Source: Caulobacter sp. (GTDB taxonomy: Bacteria > Pseudomonadota > Alphaproteobacteria > Caulobacterales > Caulobacteraceae). Taken from it: DNA of 56,738 bases. The stretch is from assembly GCA_035627755.1 (NCBI GenBank), contig DASPLD010000221.1, forward strand, positions 1 to 56,738, given 5' to 3'. Within the stretch, counting starts at the first letter, position 1. Each line of letters opens with the position of its first letter. The position numbers and the translations under genes are program-made. Below the pieces are notes generated by a model, which was given only the letters and a program-made list of their open reading frames with translations, made no database searches and was not told where the DNA came from. Shown one piece after another: positions 9,688-19,255 of this stretch.

Positions 9688-11484
9688 TTATTTCACCAAC
9701 GCGTCGAACTCGTCCACCAGCCGCTCGATGCCGGCGCAGCCCGCCGCCCAGAAGCTCTTCTGCCGGGGATCGAGTCCGAACGGCTCCAGCGCCTCCACGT
9801 AGGTCCGGGTGCCGCCGGCCGCCAGCAGCCGCTCATAGACGGGCGCGAAGCCTTGCGGATCCTCCCGCCGCTTTTCCATCAGCGCCCGCACCAGCAGGTC
9901 TCCGAAGGCGTAGGCATAGACATAGAACGGCGCGTGGACGAAGTGGCTGACGTAGGCCCAGTAGTGCTCGTACCCGGGGTTGAGCCGCACCGCCGGCCCG
10001 AGGCTCGCCCCCATCACCTCCAGCCACAGCCCGCCCAGTTCGTCCGGCGACAGCTCGCCGGCCTGGCGGGCGTCGTGGAACCGGGTCTCGAACTGGTGGA
10101 AGGCGATCTGGCGGACCACGGTGTTCAGCCCGTCCTCGATCCGCCCGGCCAGCAGCCCCAGCTTCTCCTCCGGCCGGGCCTCGGCCAGCAGCCGCTCGAA
10201 CACCAGCCCTTCGCCGAAAATGGAGGCGGTTTCGGCCAGGGTCAGCGGCGTGTCGGCCAGCAGGGTGCCGAGCGGCGCCGCCAGGGTCTGGTGCACCGCG
10301 TGGCCGAGCTCATGGGCCAGGGTCAGCACGTCGCGCCGCTCGCCCATGTAGTTCATGAACACATAGGGGTGCCGCCCGGCGGTGACCGGATGGCTGTAGG
10401 CCCCCGAAGACTTCCCCGGCCGCGGCCGGGCGTCGATCCACGGCCGTTCGAAGAACACCCGCGCCCCGTCGGCGAACTTGGGCGCCAGGGCGCTGAAGCT
10501 TTCCAGCACGATCCCCTTGGCCTCCCGCCAGTCGTACAGCCGCGGCTGGGCGGCGGTCAGGGGGGCGTTGCGGTCCCAGTGGTCGAGGGTCTTCTTGCCC
10601 AGCACCCGGGCCTTCAGGGCGTAGTAGCGGTGCGAGGTCGCCGCGTAGGCCTCGGTCACGGCCTCGACCATGGCCTCGACGCTCTCGGCATGCACCTCGT
10701 TGGCCAGGTGGCGGCCGTGGGCCGGGCTCTCGTACCTGCGCCAGCGATCCTCGACCTGCTTCTCCAGGGCGATGGTGTTGAGGCAGAGCCCCAGGGTGGC
10801 GCTGCGCTCCTCCAGGGCCTCGGCCAGACCGTTCGCCGCCGCCTTGCGGCGCTTGGCGTCCGGATCGGAGAGCCGGTTTAGGGTCTCCGGCAGAGTCAGG
10901 CGGTCGCGCCCGACCCGGGCCACCAGCCTGGCCAGGGTCTCGTCATAGAGCCGGCCCCAGTTGGCCACGGCCGGCGAGCGGTCGAGCAGCAGGCTCTCCA
11001 GCTCCTGGCTGAGTTCATGCGGCCGCGACAGCCGCACCCGCCGCAGCCACGGCGCCCAGCGGGCGGCGGCCGGATGCGCCTCGAGCGCCGACGCGATCTC
11101 CCCGTCCTCCAGCTGGTTGAGCTCGAGGGTGAAGAACAGACTCCTGCTGGCGATCTCGGCGCTCTTCATCCGGAAGTCGGCCTCGAACTTGGCCCAGCGC
11201 GGATCGTCCCTGGCCGTCGAGGCGGCCAGGGAGGCGTAGGCGCCCACCGCCCAGAGCCCGTCGGTCGCCTGCTCATACAGCCGGATGCCCCGGTCGATCA
11301 GCTCGCCCAGCATCGCCGGGTCGCCCCGCGCCGCGAGGAACTGGCCCTCCAGCGCCGCCAGGGTGTCGTTGGCCGCCCGGGCGGCGGCGATGTCGGCCTC
11401 GATCCGCGGATCGGCGCGGTCGGCGTAGAGATCGGCAAGGCTCCACTCGGGGAGGTCGGCGGTGATCTTGGACATTTGGGACAT
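9688..11484 (-). CDS. pepF: M3 family oligoendopeptidase F
   Basis: LPEWSLADLY N-terminus, WID..PRPGK.SGA, TLAHELGHAVH (HExxH), LAETAS, HAPFYVYAYAFG. Confidence 0.92.
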   Translation of the reverse strand: MSQMSKITADLPEWSLADLYADRADPRIEADIAAARAANDTLAALEGQFLAARGDPAMLGELIDRGIRLYEQATDGLWAVGAYASLAASTARDDPRWAKFEADFRMKSAEIASRSLFFTLELNQLEDGEIASALEAHPAAARWAPWLRRVRLSRPHELSQELESLLLDRSPAVANWGRLYDETLARLVARVGRDRLTLPETLNRLSDPDAKRRKAAANGLAEALEERSATLGLCLNTIALEKQVEDRWRRYESPAHGRHLANEVHAESVEAMVEAVTEAYAATSHRYYALKARVLGKKTLDHWDRNAPLTAAQPRLYDWREAKGIVLESFSALAPKFADGARVFFERPWIDARPRPGKSSGAYSHPVTAGRHPYVFMNYMGERRDVLTLAHELGHAVHQTLAAPLGTLLADTPLTLAETASIFGEGLVFERLLAEARPEEKLGLLAGRIEDGLNTVVRQIAFHQFETRFHDARQAGELSPDELGGLWLEVMGASLGPAVRLNPGYEHYWAYVSHFVHAPFYVYAYAFGDLLVRALMEKRREDPQGFAPVYERLLAAGGTRTYVEALEPFGLDPRQKSFWAAGCAGIERLVDEFDALVK

Positions 11485-11493
11485 GGCGCTGAT

Positions 11494-11886
11494 TTAGGCG
11501 CCGCGCGAAGTCCCCGATAGAGGCATTCTGCCCGGCGGACGATTGGTCAGCACCTGCCAGAGGCCCCGCGCGCCGAGCAGGAAGCCGCCGAATGTCGCGC
11601 CATAGGCCGTGAGCACCCCGCCGTCGGCCGCCACCGCGGCGATCAGGGCCGCCCCTACTGCGAACACCGCCCCGCCGATCCCGAACCATTGCCAGCCCTG
11701 CTTGCGGAACGCGTCGGTCTTGAGCACCAGCGCCTGGTAGGCCGTAGCCGAGGCGGCATCGGGCGGCGTTCCGCGGGCGACCAGATCGGCCCGGACGGTC
11801 TCGAATTTGGCCCCGTTCGACAGTCGCCTGACGGAATGCGCAAGCGCCTGTTCGGGGTCCAGGGGCTCGGTGTCGGGCTCAAACAT
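11494..11886 (-). CDS. Hypothetical membrane protein (small helical N-domain plus 2 TM)
   Basis: ORF with two hydrophobic C-terminal segments; overlaps the stop of the upstream similar gene. Confidence 0.7.
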   Translation of the reverse strand: MFEPDTEPLDPEQALAHSVRRLSNGAKFETVRADLVARGTPPDAASATAYQALVLKTDAFRKQGWQWFGIGGAVFAVGAALIAAVAADGGVLTAYGATFGGFLLGARGLWQVLTNRPPGRMPLSGTSRGA

Positions 11887-12268
11887 CCTTGGTTGGAGCC
11901 GGCGCCTGAGGCCGGGCGTCCAGGAACTGGACGGCGCCGTAACCGAACTGGATGATGCCGAACAGCACGATGCCCCAGGTGAACACGCTGGTGTTGCTGC
12001 TGCCCAGCGTCATCCAGAGGCTCAGGCCCACCCCGGCGATGAAGCAGATCGCGCCGACCAGCATGAACATTCCACCCTGCTTGCGGCGCTCGGCCACCTG
12101 GCCCTCGAACACCTTGCGCACCGCCGCTTCGGCCTGGGCGGGCGGATGGCCCTCGGCGACCAGGGCGGCCACAGTTTCGGCCGGCGGCCGGTCCCGCCGG
12201 ACGCGCACCATGGCTTCGAACTCGGTTTCACGCCGCGTGAAGGTCGGCGCCGGCGCTTGATCGGTCAT
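11879..12268 (-). CDS. Hypothetical membrane protein, similar to the downstream gene
   Basis: ATG 12268 preceded by GGGGGA; two TM segments after RRKQG. Confidence 0.72.
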   Translation of the reverse strand: MTDQAPAPTFTRRETEFEAMVRVRRDRPPAETVAALVAEGHPPAQAEAAVRKVFEGQVAERRKQGGMFMLVGAICFIAGVGLSLWMTLGSSNTSVFTWGIVLFGIIQFGYGAVQFLDARPQAPAPTKDV

Positions 12269-12432
12269 CTTGATTCCCCCCAGGATCTCAACCAACCACG
12301 GCCGCCCGAAACCGTCTACGGCACACAACGCCGCCAGCCCCACCAGGTCCGCCCTGGTCTTGGCCAGCGCGATGGAAATGGACCGGGCGGCCTGCTGGAC
12401 AGGGCCCCGCCGCAGGGGCCATATCCCTTCGC

Positions 12433-13683
12433 ATGATCCACGACGCCGACGTCATCATTGCCGGGGCCGGCATGGCCGGGGCGACGCTGGGCCTGGCGCT
12501 GGCGAGCGCCGGGCTGAGCGCCATCCTGGTCGACCCCGCCCCGTTCGACGCCCAGCTGGCCCCCACCTTCGACGGCCGATCCAGCGCCATCGCCTACGCC
12601 AGCTTCCGCCAGTGGCGGGCGCTGGGGCTCGCGGACGACCTCGAACCCCACGCCCAGCGCATCGAGCAGATCCTGGTCACCGACGGGACCAGCCCCGGCG
12701 CCGCCGCCGGCCGGCCGGGATCGGCCTTCCTGCGCTTCGATTCCGCCGAGATCGGCGAGGTCTCCGATGGCGAACCGCTGGGCTACATGCTGGAGAACCG
12801 CCGGATCCGGGCCGCCCTGGGCGCCGCCGTCGGCCGCTCGCCGCACCTGACCGTGCTGGCCCCGATGAGGGTGGTCTCGCTGGAGGTCTCGCCCGGCAGC
12901 GCCCGGGTCACCCTGTCCGACGGCCGGGTCCTTTCCGCCCCCCTGGTGGTCGGCGCCGAGGGCAAGGCCTCGGTCGTCCGCCAGCAGACCGGCATCGATG
13001 TGGTCGGCTGGGGCTACGGCCAGTCGGGGGTGGTCGCCACGGTCGGCCTGGGGCGCGACCACGAGGGCGTCGCCCACGAATATTTCCTGCCGGGCGGCCC
13101 GTTCGCCATCCTGCCGCTGACCGAACAGCGAGCGAGCCTCGTCTGGACCGAGAAGACCGCCCAGGCCGAGGCCCTGCGCCACGCCCGCCTGGAGATCGTC
13201 CACGCCCATATGCAGCGCCGGTTCGGCGAGTTCCTCGGCGCCCCGACGGTTCAGGGCCCGATCTTCGCCTATCCGCTTGCCCTGTCGCTTGCCGAACGGA
13301 TGAACGCCCCCCGGGTCGCCCTGCTCGGCGACGCCGCCCACGGCGTGCATCCGATCGCCGGCCAGGGCCTGAACCTGGGCCTCAAGGACGCCGCCGCCCT
13401 GGCCCAGGTTCTGGTCGAGGCCCTGCGCCTTGGCGAGGACATCGGCTCCGAGGTCGTGCTCGAGCGCTACGGCGCCTGGCGCCGCTTCGACAACACCATG
13501 CTGGCCGCCGCCACCGACCTGTTCACCCGCCTGTTCAGCAACGACATCGCCCCGCTGCGGGCCGTGCGCGGCCTGGGGCTGGCGGTGGTCAACCGCATCG
13601 CCCCGGCCCGCCGGTTCTTCATGCGTGAGGCCGGCGGGGCGGTGGGGGATTTGCCGCGGCTGCTCCGAGGCGAAGCGCTGTAG
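12433..13683 (+). CDS. UbiH/UbiL/COQ6-family FAD-dependent ubiquinone biosynthesis hydroxylase
   Basis: GAGMAG FAD motif, LVVGAEG, GPFAILP, LLGDAAHGVHPIAGQGLNLGLKD. Confidence 0.92.
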   Translation: MIHDADVIIAGAGMAGATLGLALASAGLSAILVDPAPFDAQLAPTFDGRSSAIAYASFRQWRALGLADDLEPHAQRIEQILVTDGTSPGAAAGRPGSAFLRFDSAEIGEVSDGEPLGYMLENRRIRAALGAAVGRSPHLTVLAPMRVVSLEVSPGSARVTLSDGRVLSAPLVVGAEGKASVVRQQTGIDVVGWGYGQSGVVATVGLGRDHEGVAHEYFLPGGPFAILPLTEQRASLVWTEKTAQAEALRHARLEIVHAHMQRRFGEFLGAPTVQGPIFAYPLALSLAERMNAPRVALLGDAAHGVHPIAGQGLNLGLKDAAALAQVLVEALRLGEDIGSEVVLERYGAWRRFDNTMLAAATDLFTRLFSNDIAPLRAVRGLGLAVVNRIAPARRFFMREAGGAVGDLPRLLRGEAL

Positions 13684-13692
13684 GGCGGCCGA

Positions 13693-13719
13693 GGCGCGCA
13701 GGCGCCGGGCCTGCGCGCC
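13693..13719. terminator. GC hairpin between convergent genes
   Basis: GGCGCGCAGGC-N5-GCCTGCGCGCC perfect 11-bp stem; no U-tract. Confidence 0.55.
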
Positions 13720-13728
13720 GGACGAGCC

Positions 13729-14241
13729 CTAGTGCCGGGTGCCCCCGTTGATCGGGATGCGCCGGACACGCTCCTCGGCCTGGGCCGAGCGGGGCATGTC
13801 GATGGTCAGCACGCCCTTGTCGAAGCTCGCCCGGGCCTGGGCGTCATCCACGTCGCCGAGCGTGATCCGCCGCTCGAAGCGGCCGTAATAGCGCTCGCTG
13901 ACGCGGCGGCCCTTGTCCTGGCTCTCCGACCGCTTTTCGCCGCGCAGGGTCAGCACGCCGTCACGGAACGAGATGTCGATATCCTTCTCGTCCATGCCCG
14001 GCAGCTCGGCCGTGATGCGATAGCCGCTGTCGGTCTCCTCGACCTCCATGGTCGGCCACTGGCTGTTCCACATCGCCGGGGCGTCGAAGCCGCGGAAGAC
14101 ATCGTCGAACAGCCGGTTCATTTCCTGGTGCAGCCGCAGGAACGGGCTGACTTCGCTCGTCCCAGACCAGCCGCGGTCGCGATCCTGGAGAGCAAGGTTG
14201 CGGTCCTTGCGGCCCCAGGGAACCAGTTCGCCAAGAGACAT
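13729..14241 (-). CDS. Hsp20/alpha-crystallin small heat shock protein
   Basis: LHQEMNRLFDD, AELPG, GVLTLRGEK, ERYYGRFER, F.KGVLTI.MP; SD GAGGAGG. Confidence 0.95.
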   Translation of the reverse strand: MSLGELVPWGRKDRNLALQDRDRGWSGTSEVSPFLRLHQEMNRLFDDVFRGFDAPAMWNSQWPTMEVEETDSGYRITAELPGMDEKDIDISFRDGVLTLRGEKRSESQDKGRRVSERYYGRFERRITLGDVDDAQARASFDKGVLTIDMPRSAQAEERVRRIPINGGTRH

Positions 14242-14246
14242 TCACA

Positions 14247-14271
14247 GTCCTCCTCTTCAAGAATGGAGGAC
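14247..14271 (-). promoter_or_regulatory. SD-sequestering hairpin, candidate RNA thermometer
   Basis: mRNA GUCCUCC-AUUCUUGAAGA-GGAGGAC ends 5 nt before the AUG of hsp20. Confidence 0.6.
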
Positions 14272-14499
14272 CCGCAGGGACGATCCGGCCCGCAAGACGG
14301 AACATCTCCCGCGCCTTTCGGCGACGGCCTGCAGGTTGCGAGCGAAGAGGCTGCTGCGGCGAACCGCCCGCGAGTCCTGCTCGCAAGGCCCGCGCGCCGG
14401 GAGGGCGTAGACGGTCATCGCCATCGTGGCGCGAGGTCACGTCTGTCGAACCGGACCCTCCACGGGTCCGAAACGCCGCCATCGTGGGCGGCGCTATTG

Positions 14500-14527
14500 A
14501 GTTAGGAGAGGGTCTTTGGGTGTCAAG
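14500..14527 (-). promoter_or_regulatory. RpoH (sigma32)-like promoter of hsp20
   Basis: CTTG-N17-CCTAACT, close to the alphaproteobacterial RpoH consensus CTTG-N17/18-CYTATNT. Confidence 0.6.
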
Positions 14528-14554
14528 AGGGGCGGCGCGGCTTGGTCGAGCGCG

Positions 14555-14749
14555 CTATTCAGGCAGTTCCCGCGCCTCCTCCGGCAGCATCACCGGCACC
14601 CCGTCCCGGATCGGGTAGGCCAGCTTGGCGCCGCGGCTGATCAGTTCCCCGGCCGTGCGGTCGTACTCCAGCGGGCCATGGGTGATGGGGCAGACCAGGA
14701 CTTCCAGCAGCCGCGGGTCGACGTCGATGGGTGAAGGCGTTTCCTGCAT
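14555..14749 (-). CDS. Trm112/YcaR family protein
   Basis: [13 protein letters not shown]...[17 protein letters not shown]. Confidence 0.93.
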   Translation of the reverse strand: MQETPSPIDVDPRLLEVLVCPITHGPLEYDRTAGELISRGAKLAYPIRDGVPVMLPEEARELPE

Positions 14750-14758
14750 GTAGGGATC

Positions 14759-15412
14759 CTACTGCATCGAGGGTTCGTCGTCGTCCCCGATCGCGGCGCC
14801 GATGCGCAGCAAGGCGGTGAGGATTTCGGCCCGTTCGGCGTGGGTCACCGCCTCCAGCAGGGCCTGCTTCTCGGCCGGCTCGAAGGGCAGGCCCATGGCC
14901 AGGCTGTCGATCAGGGACTCGCAGGGCGCGCCCTGGGCCGCCTCCCAGTCGACGGCCAGGCCGCGGGGTTCGAGATAGCCCTTGAGCGCCTCCAGCAGGC
15001 CGTCGTTCCTCAGGCCCGTCTCCGGCGGCGGCTTCAGGTCGCCGACGAAGGGCCGGTAGTCGGCCCGAACCTGGCGGTAGGGCGCCATGATCCCCAGCTC
15101 CTCCTGGACGCGGAAGCGGCAGACCCCGGTCAGGGTCACCAGGTAGCGGCCGTCGCCGGTCTCGGCGAAGGCGGTCACCCGCCCGGCGCAGCCGACGGGG
15201 CTGAGAGGCGGCCGCTCACGGTCGCCGCCGGGGCGGGTCTGGATCATGCCGATCATCCGGTCGCCGCCCATGGCGTCGTCGAACATGTTGAGGTAGCGCG
15301 GCTCGAAGATGTTGAGCGGCAGCTGGCCGCCCGGCAGCATCACCGCCCCGTCAAGCGGGAAGACCGGGATCGCCTGGGGCAGGTCCTCGATCTTTCGGTA
15401 GCCGGTGACCAT
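14759..15412 (-). CDS. LON peptidase substrate-binding domain protein
   Basis: IPVFPL...LPLNIFEPRY, DGRYLVTL.G..RF, EKQALLEA; no AAA+ or protease domain. Confidence 0.92.
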   Translation of the reverse strand: MVTGYRKIEDLPQAIPVFPLDGAVMLPGGQLPLNIFEPRYLNMFDDAMGGDRMIGMIQTRPGGDRERPPLSPVGCAGRVTAFAETGDGRYLVTLTGVCRFRVQEELGIMAPYRQVRADYRPFVGDLKPPPETGLRNDGLLEALKGYLEPRGLAVDWEAAQGAPCESLIDSLAMGLPFEPAEKQALLEAVTHAERAEILTALLRIGAAIGDDDEPSMQ

Positions 15413-15422
15413 GGGGTCGCTC

Positions 15423-16334
15423 CTAGCTGAACAGGATGGACGACAGCCGCCGGCGCCCGGCCTTGGTGACCTCGGAGGTCGGCCCGGCCGCCTCGAACAC
15501 GGTGAGCAGCTGCTTGCGCGCGGCCTGGTCGTTCCACTCGCGGTCGGCGGCGATGATATCGAGGAGATGGGTCGCCGCCTCCTGGTAGCGGCCCTGGCCC
15601 GCCAGGGCGCCGGCCAGGTCGAAGCGGGCCTGGTGGTCGTTCGGATCGGCGGCCAGCGCCTGTTCGAACGGTGCGGTCTCGGCCGCCGCCCCTTCGGCGA
15701 GGGCGAGCGTGGCGCGGGCCGCGTCGAGGTCGGGATCCCTGGCGCCGGCGGGAGCCAGGGCCACCACCTCGGCCGCCCGCTCGGTGTCGCCGCCGGCCAG
15801 GTAGACCCGCGCCAGGCCGCCGATCGCCTTGACGTTGGCCGGCTCCATCTGCAGCGCCTGGGCGTAGGCCTGGGCCGCGCCGCCGAGGTCGTTCAGCTCC
15901 ATGGACTCCCTGGCCAGCGCCAGCACGTCCTCGATCTCGCTGGCGCCGGCCGGTCCGGCCAGCCGCTCGATGAACTGCTTCACCTGGCTCTCGGGCAGGG
16001 CCCCCTGGAAGCCGTCGACGGGCTGACCGTTGACGAAGGCGTAGACGGTGGGGATCGACTGCACCCGCAGCTGGCCGGCGTAGGCCGGGTTCTTGTCGAC
16101 GTCGATCTTCACCAGCTTCACGGCGCCCTTCATCGCCGTGACCACCTTCTCCAGGGTCGGAGTCAGCTGGCGGCAGGGCCCGCACCAGGTCGCCCAGAAG
16201 TCGACGATCACCGGCTGGGTCTTGGAGGCCTCGATGACGTCGGCCATGAAGCCGGCGTCGGTGCTGTCCTTGATCAGGTCGCCCTTGGGAGCGCCCGAGG
16301 GGTTGGCGGGGGCCTGTTCGCCGATGAGAGTCAT
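15423..16334 (-). CDS. cnoX: Thioredoxin-TPR chaperedoxin (CnoX/YbbN)
   Basis: VDFWATWCGPC Trx domain plus TPR region ending RRRLSSILFS. Confidence 0.9.
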   Translation of the reverse strand: MTLIGEQAPANPSGAPKGDLIKDSTDAGFMADVIEASKTQPVIVDFWATWCGPCRQLTPTLEKVVTAMKGAVKLVKIDVDKNPAYAGQLRVQSIPTVYAFVNGQPVDGFQGALPESQVKQFIERLAGPAGASEIEDVLALARESMELNDLGGAAQAYAQALQMEPANVKAIGGLARVYLAGGDTERAAEVVALAPAGARDPDLDAARATLALAEGAAAETAPFEQALAADPNDHQARFDLAGALAGQGRYQEAATHLLDIIAADREWNDQAARKQLLTVFEAAGPTSEVTKAGRRRLSSILFS

Positions 16335-16371
16335 GCGCGGTCCGTGCTGGGGGTGAAACGACAGGCCCGGA

Positions 16372-16400
16372 ACATGGGCGCATCGCCGCGCGGGTTCAAC
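16372..16400 (-). promoter_or_regulatory. RpoH-like promoter of the cnoX operon
   Basis: GTTGAA-N16-CCCATGT upstream of a chaperone gene. Confidence 0.55.
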
Positions 16401-16425
16401 GCACGTCGTGGGGATTTGGTCGCGG

Positions 16426-16935
16426 CTAGCCGGACAGACGTTCGAGCCGCGCGAAGTCGACGATGATCGGTTCGCGCCCGAGCGCGGCCAGGAAACGGCG
16501 GAAGCCGGCCTGGCTGACCGCGGTGGTGGCGGTGTTGACCAGCGGGTGGAAATTGACCGGGTCGCTGGCCGCCAGAGCCGCGTCGAGCACGAAGGTCACC
16601 TGGCCTTCCCTGTCGTTGGCCAGGGCGAAGGCGGTCACCGAGCCGGGGGTCACGCCCAGCACCTGCTCCATCAGCGCGCCGCTGCCGAACGACAGCCGGG
16701 CCGAGCCGATGACCGGGTGCAGCCGCTTGAGGTCGATCTGCGTCTCCCCGAGCGCCGAGATCAGCCACAGCCGGCCCTTGGCGTCCTTGAGGAACAGATT
16801 CTTGCTGTGGCCGCCGGGCAGCTGGGCCTTGAACTCGTCGCCCTCCCCGACCCGGAACACGGCGGGGTGGTCGAGGGTGTGGTGGGCGATCCCGAGGCTG
16901 TCCAGGTACGCCAGCAGTTCAGCCTTGGTCCGCAT
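16426..16935 (-). CDS. YbaK/ProX-like aminoacyl-tRNA deacylase
   Basis: HPAVF...[27 protein letters not shown]. Confidence 0.92.
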   Translation of the reverse strand: MRTKAELLAYLDSLGIAHHTLDHPAVFRVGEGDEFKAQLPGGHSKNLFLKDAKGRLWLISALGETQIDLKRLHPVIGSARLSFGSGALMEQVLGVTPGSVTAFALANDREGQVTFVLDAALAASDPVNFHPLVNTATTAVSQAGFRRFLAALGREPIIVDFARLERLSG

Positions 16936-16938
16936 GCG

Positions 16939-18027
16939 TCAGCCGTCGTCGCGCGTGCTCAGCGGCGCGTCCGGATCGGCCGGCGGGCGCTTGGCGGCGG
17001 GCGGCGGGGGGGCGGCGGGCTTCGGCGGCGGGGGCTCGGGCACGGCCAGCGGCGGGGCCTCGACGACCGGCGCCGCCACCGCCGGCGGCGGGGCCGCCGC
17101 GGCCGGAGCCGGCGCGGCGTCCCTGGGCGCCGGAGAGGGGGCCTTCGGAGCCGGCTCGGTCCGGGGGGCCGCGGGGGCCGGGACGGCGGCCGCGGGCTCG
17201 GGCGGGGCAAGGACCGAAGGTTCGAGGGCCGGCGGCGCGGTCGGGGCCGGCTCCCCGGTCACGGGCGGCTCAATCGCCGGGGCGGTCTGCAACGTCGGCG
17301 CGGGCACGGTGGCGGCCGCGTCGGGATCGCCGCGGATCAGCAGGCCGACCGCCAGCGCCAGGGCCGCCAGCACGACGGCCCCGATGGCGATCAGGGGCAG
17401 CAGGCCGATGCGCGGCGCGGCCCTGTGCGGCCGGGGGGCGACCGGGATGAAGGGAGGCTCCGGCTCGGCCGCCGGCGGAACGGGTTCCGGCGCGGGCCGG
17501 CGCACCGGCTCGGGGACCGCCGCTTGCGGCGACACCGGCGGGGGCCTCAAGGCCGGGGCGGCCGGGCGCGGCGCCTCCGACAGCGGCGAGGCGGCCGGCA
17601 TGGCCCGGAAGGCCGGCTGTGTCGGACGCCGCCGGGCGGCAGGGTTGAGCCCGGCGTTGGGATCGAGATTCAGGGGTGAGGCCGTGGGCATGGGGCCGGC
17701 CACGCCGCCGGTGGCGCTCCAGGGGCGGTTCGGTATGGCCGAGCCGGTGAGGATGCTGCTCTGGCGAGGCGTCGGCGGCGGTTCGGGCGGCGGGCCCGGA
17801 GGGGTGCGAAGCACCAGGGGCGCGGCGGAGGGAATCTCGGCCATCTGACGCCGCGGCGACGTCTTGCGGGCCCCGGCCGGGCCCTTGGGCAGCGGCCCCA
17901 AGGTTAGGGGCACGCCCTGCGCCCGAGCCCAGGAGCCGGTCCCGCGGCCAGGCGAGCGCTCGGGCGTCCCCGCCGCCGGGGTCTCGTCGGGCTGGTCGGG
18001 CGTGTCATTGGTGTCGGCGGGCGTCAT
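16939..18027 (-). CDS. Pro/Ala-rich single-pass membrane protein (hypothetical)
   Basis: 362-aa ORF filling the gap; one TM (IGLLPLIAIGAVVLAALALAVGLLI) between low-complexity PA-rich arms. Confidence 0.65.
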   Translation of the reverse strand: MTPADTNDTPDQPDETPAAGTPERSPGRGTGSWARAQGVPLTLGPLPKGPAGARKTSPRRQMAEIPSAAPLVLRTPPGPPPEPPPTPRQSSILTGSAIPNRPWSATGGVAGPMPTASPLNLDPNAGLNPAARRRPTQPAFRAMPAASPLSEAPRPAAPALRPPPVSPQAAVPEPVRRPAPEPVPPAAEPEPPFIPVAPRPHRAAPRIGLLPLIAIGAVVLAALALAVGLLIRGDPDAAATVPAPTLQTAPAIEPPVTGEPAPTAPPALEPSVLAPPEPAAAVPAPAAPRTEPAPKAPSPAPRDAAPAPAAAAPPPAVAAPVVEAPPLAVPEPPPPKPAAPPPPAAKRPPADPDAPLSTRDDG

Positions 18028-18203
18028 CGATGTCCTTGGGCGGGGTCCGGGGGGGCCGCCATGTCCTTGGGTATCGCCATGGGCGGCGGCAGTATTGGCC
18101 GATTTCCAGCCTCGCGGTCCAGCCTGCCGCCCGATTTCGCCCTCACGATGGCGCCGGCCCTGCCTCTTGCGAAACCGGCCCTCCCGCGCGAGAGGATATC
18201 GCC

Positions 18204-18980
18204 ATGAGCGATCCGACCGATCTCATCAAGCCGCCCCTGGTGCTGGAGTGCTATCCGACCGGCGAACGCCCGCCGGACATCGTGCCGGGGCGGCCGCAGC
18301 GCGCCTGGATGGACGCCTTCGCCGAGCGCCATCCCTACCGCTGCCTGCCGCTGACCATGGCCAACACCACCGGCTGGGAGATCCTCAATCCTGTCGGCTT
18401 CACCGCCGAATGGAACGGCGGGGCGCACCAGGACTGCATCACCTTCACCCCCGACCACCCGCACCCCTCGTTCCACGAGCTGGTCAAGAGCCACTTTTCG
18501 CGCGGCATCATCACCTTCCACACCGGCTACCTGTTCCGCACCCCGCCCGGCTGGGCCATGTGGTGCGCCGGGCCGCCCAACCACATCAAGGACGGGGTCC
18601 AGGCCCTGGTCGGACTGGTCGAGACCGACTGGCTGCCCTTCCCCTTCACCATGAACTGGATGTTCACCCGCCCCGGCCGCGTCCGCTTCGAGAAGGGCGA
18701 GCCCTTCTGCTTCATCACCCTGGCCCCCGACCAGGCGCTGCACCACACCCAGCCGCTGACCAAGAGCCTCAACAAGAACCCCGACCTGCGCGACCAGTAC
18801 GAGGCCTGGTACAAGTCCCGTTCGGAGTTCAACAACCGCCTGCAGAAGCAGGATCCGGAGGCCATGCGCGAGGCCTGGCAGCGGTTCTACTTCCGCGGCG
18901 AGCTGCCCGAGGAGAAGGGCCCGGCCCCCAAGACCCACGTCAACAAGCGCCGGCTGAAGGCGCCGAAAATGGGCTTCTGA
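18204..18980 (+). CDS. DUF6065-like conserved protein
   Basis: R.WMD....HPYRCLPL.MAN..GW, GPPN, ETDWLPFPFTMNW, FEKGEPFCF; SD GAGAGGA before ATG 18204. Confidence 0.8.
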   Translation: MSDPTDLIKPPLVLECYPTGERPPDIVPGRPQRAWMDAFAERHPYRCLPLTMANTTGWEILNPVGFTAEWNGGAHQDCITFTPDHPHPSFHELVKSHFSRGIITFHTGYLFRTPPGWAMWCAGPPNHIKDGVQALVGLVETDWLPFPFTMNWMFTRPGRVRFEKGEPFCFITLAPDQALHHTQPLTKSLNKNPDLRDQYEAWYKSRSEFNNRLQKQDPEAMREAWQRFYFRGELPEEKGPAPKTHVNKRRLKAPKMGF

Positions 18981-19055
18981 ACCGGCTTGCAAAGCCGCAA
19001 AGCCTCTGCCATAAGCCGCGCTCTCGAATTCGGGCGGCCATGGTCGCCCTGGAGT

Positions 19056-19130
19056 GCGGGCGTAGCTCAGGGGTAGAGCACAACCTTGCCAAGGTTGGGG
19101 TCGGGCGTTCGAATCGCCTCGCCCGCTCCA
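19056..19130 (+). tRNA. tRNA-Gly (GCC)
   Basis: GCGGGCG/CGCCCGC acceptor stem, loop TTGCCAA, GTTCGAATC, encoded CCA; TTGCAA-N17-CATAAG upstream. Confidence 0.97.
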
Positions 19131-19145
19131 TTCGAGACCCTCGCG

Positions 19146-19171
19146 AAGGGCGGCCCTCGGGCCGCCCTTTG
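19146..19171 (+). terminator. Intrinsic terminator after tRNA-Gly
   Basis: AAGGGCGGCCC-TC-GGGCCGCCCTTT. Confidence 0.75.
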
Positions 19172-19192
19172 TCGTTAACGCAGGCCTCCGTC

Positions 19193-19217
19193 GGAACCGC
19201 CATCTTCCCCTGCCGTT
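19193..19217 (+). promoter_or_regulatory. SigT/EcfG (general stress) promoter
   Basis: Exact GGAAC-N16-CGTT, 38 nt upstream of ATG 19256. Confidence 0.75.
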
Positions 19218-19255
19218 TCCTCCGCTTCAGGGACACGAGCTGAGGATTTCAAGCA

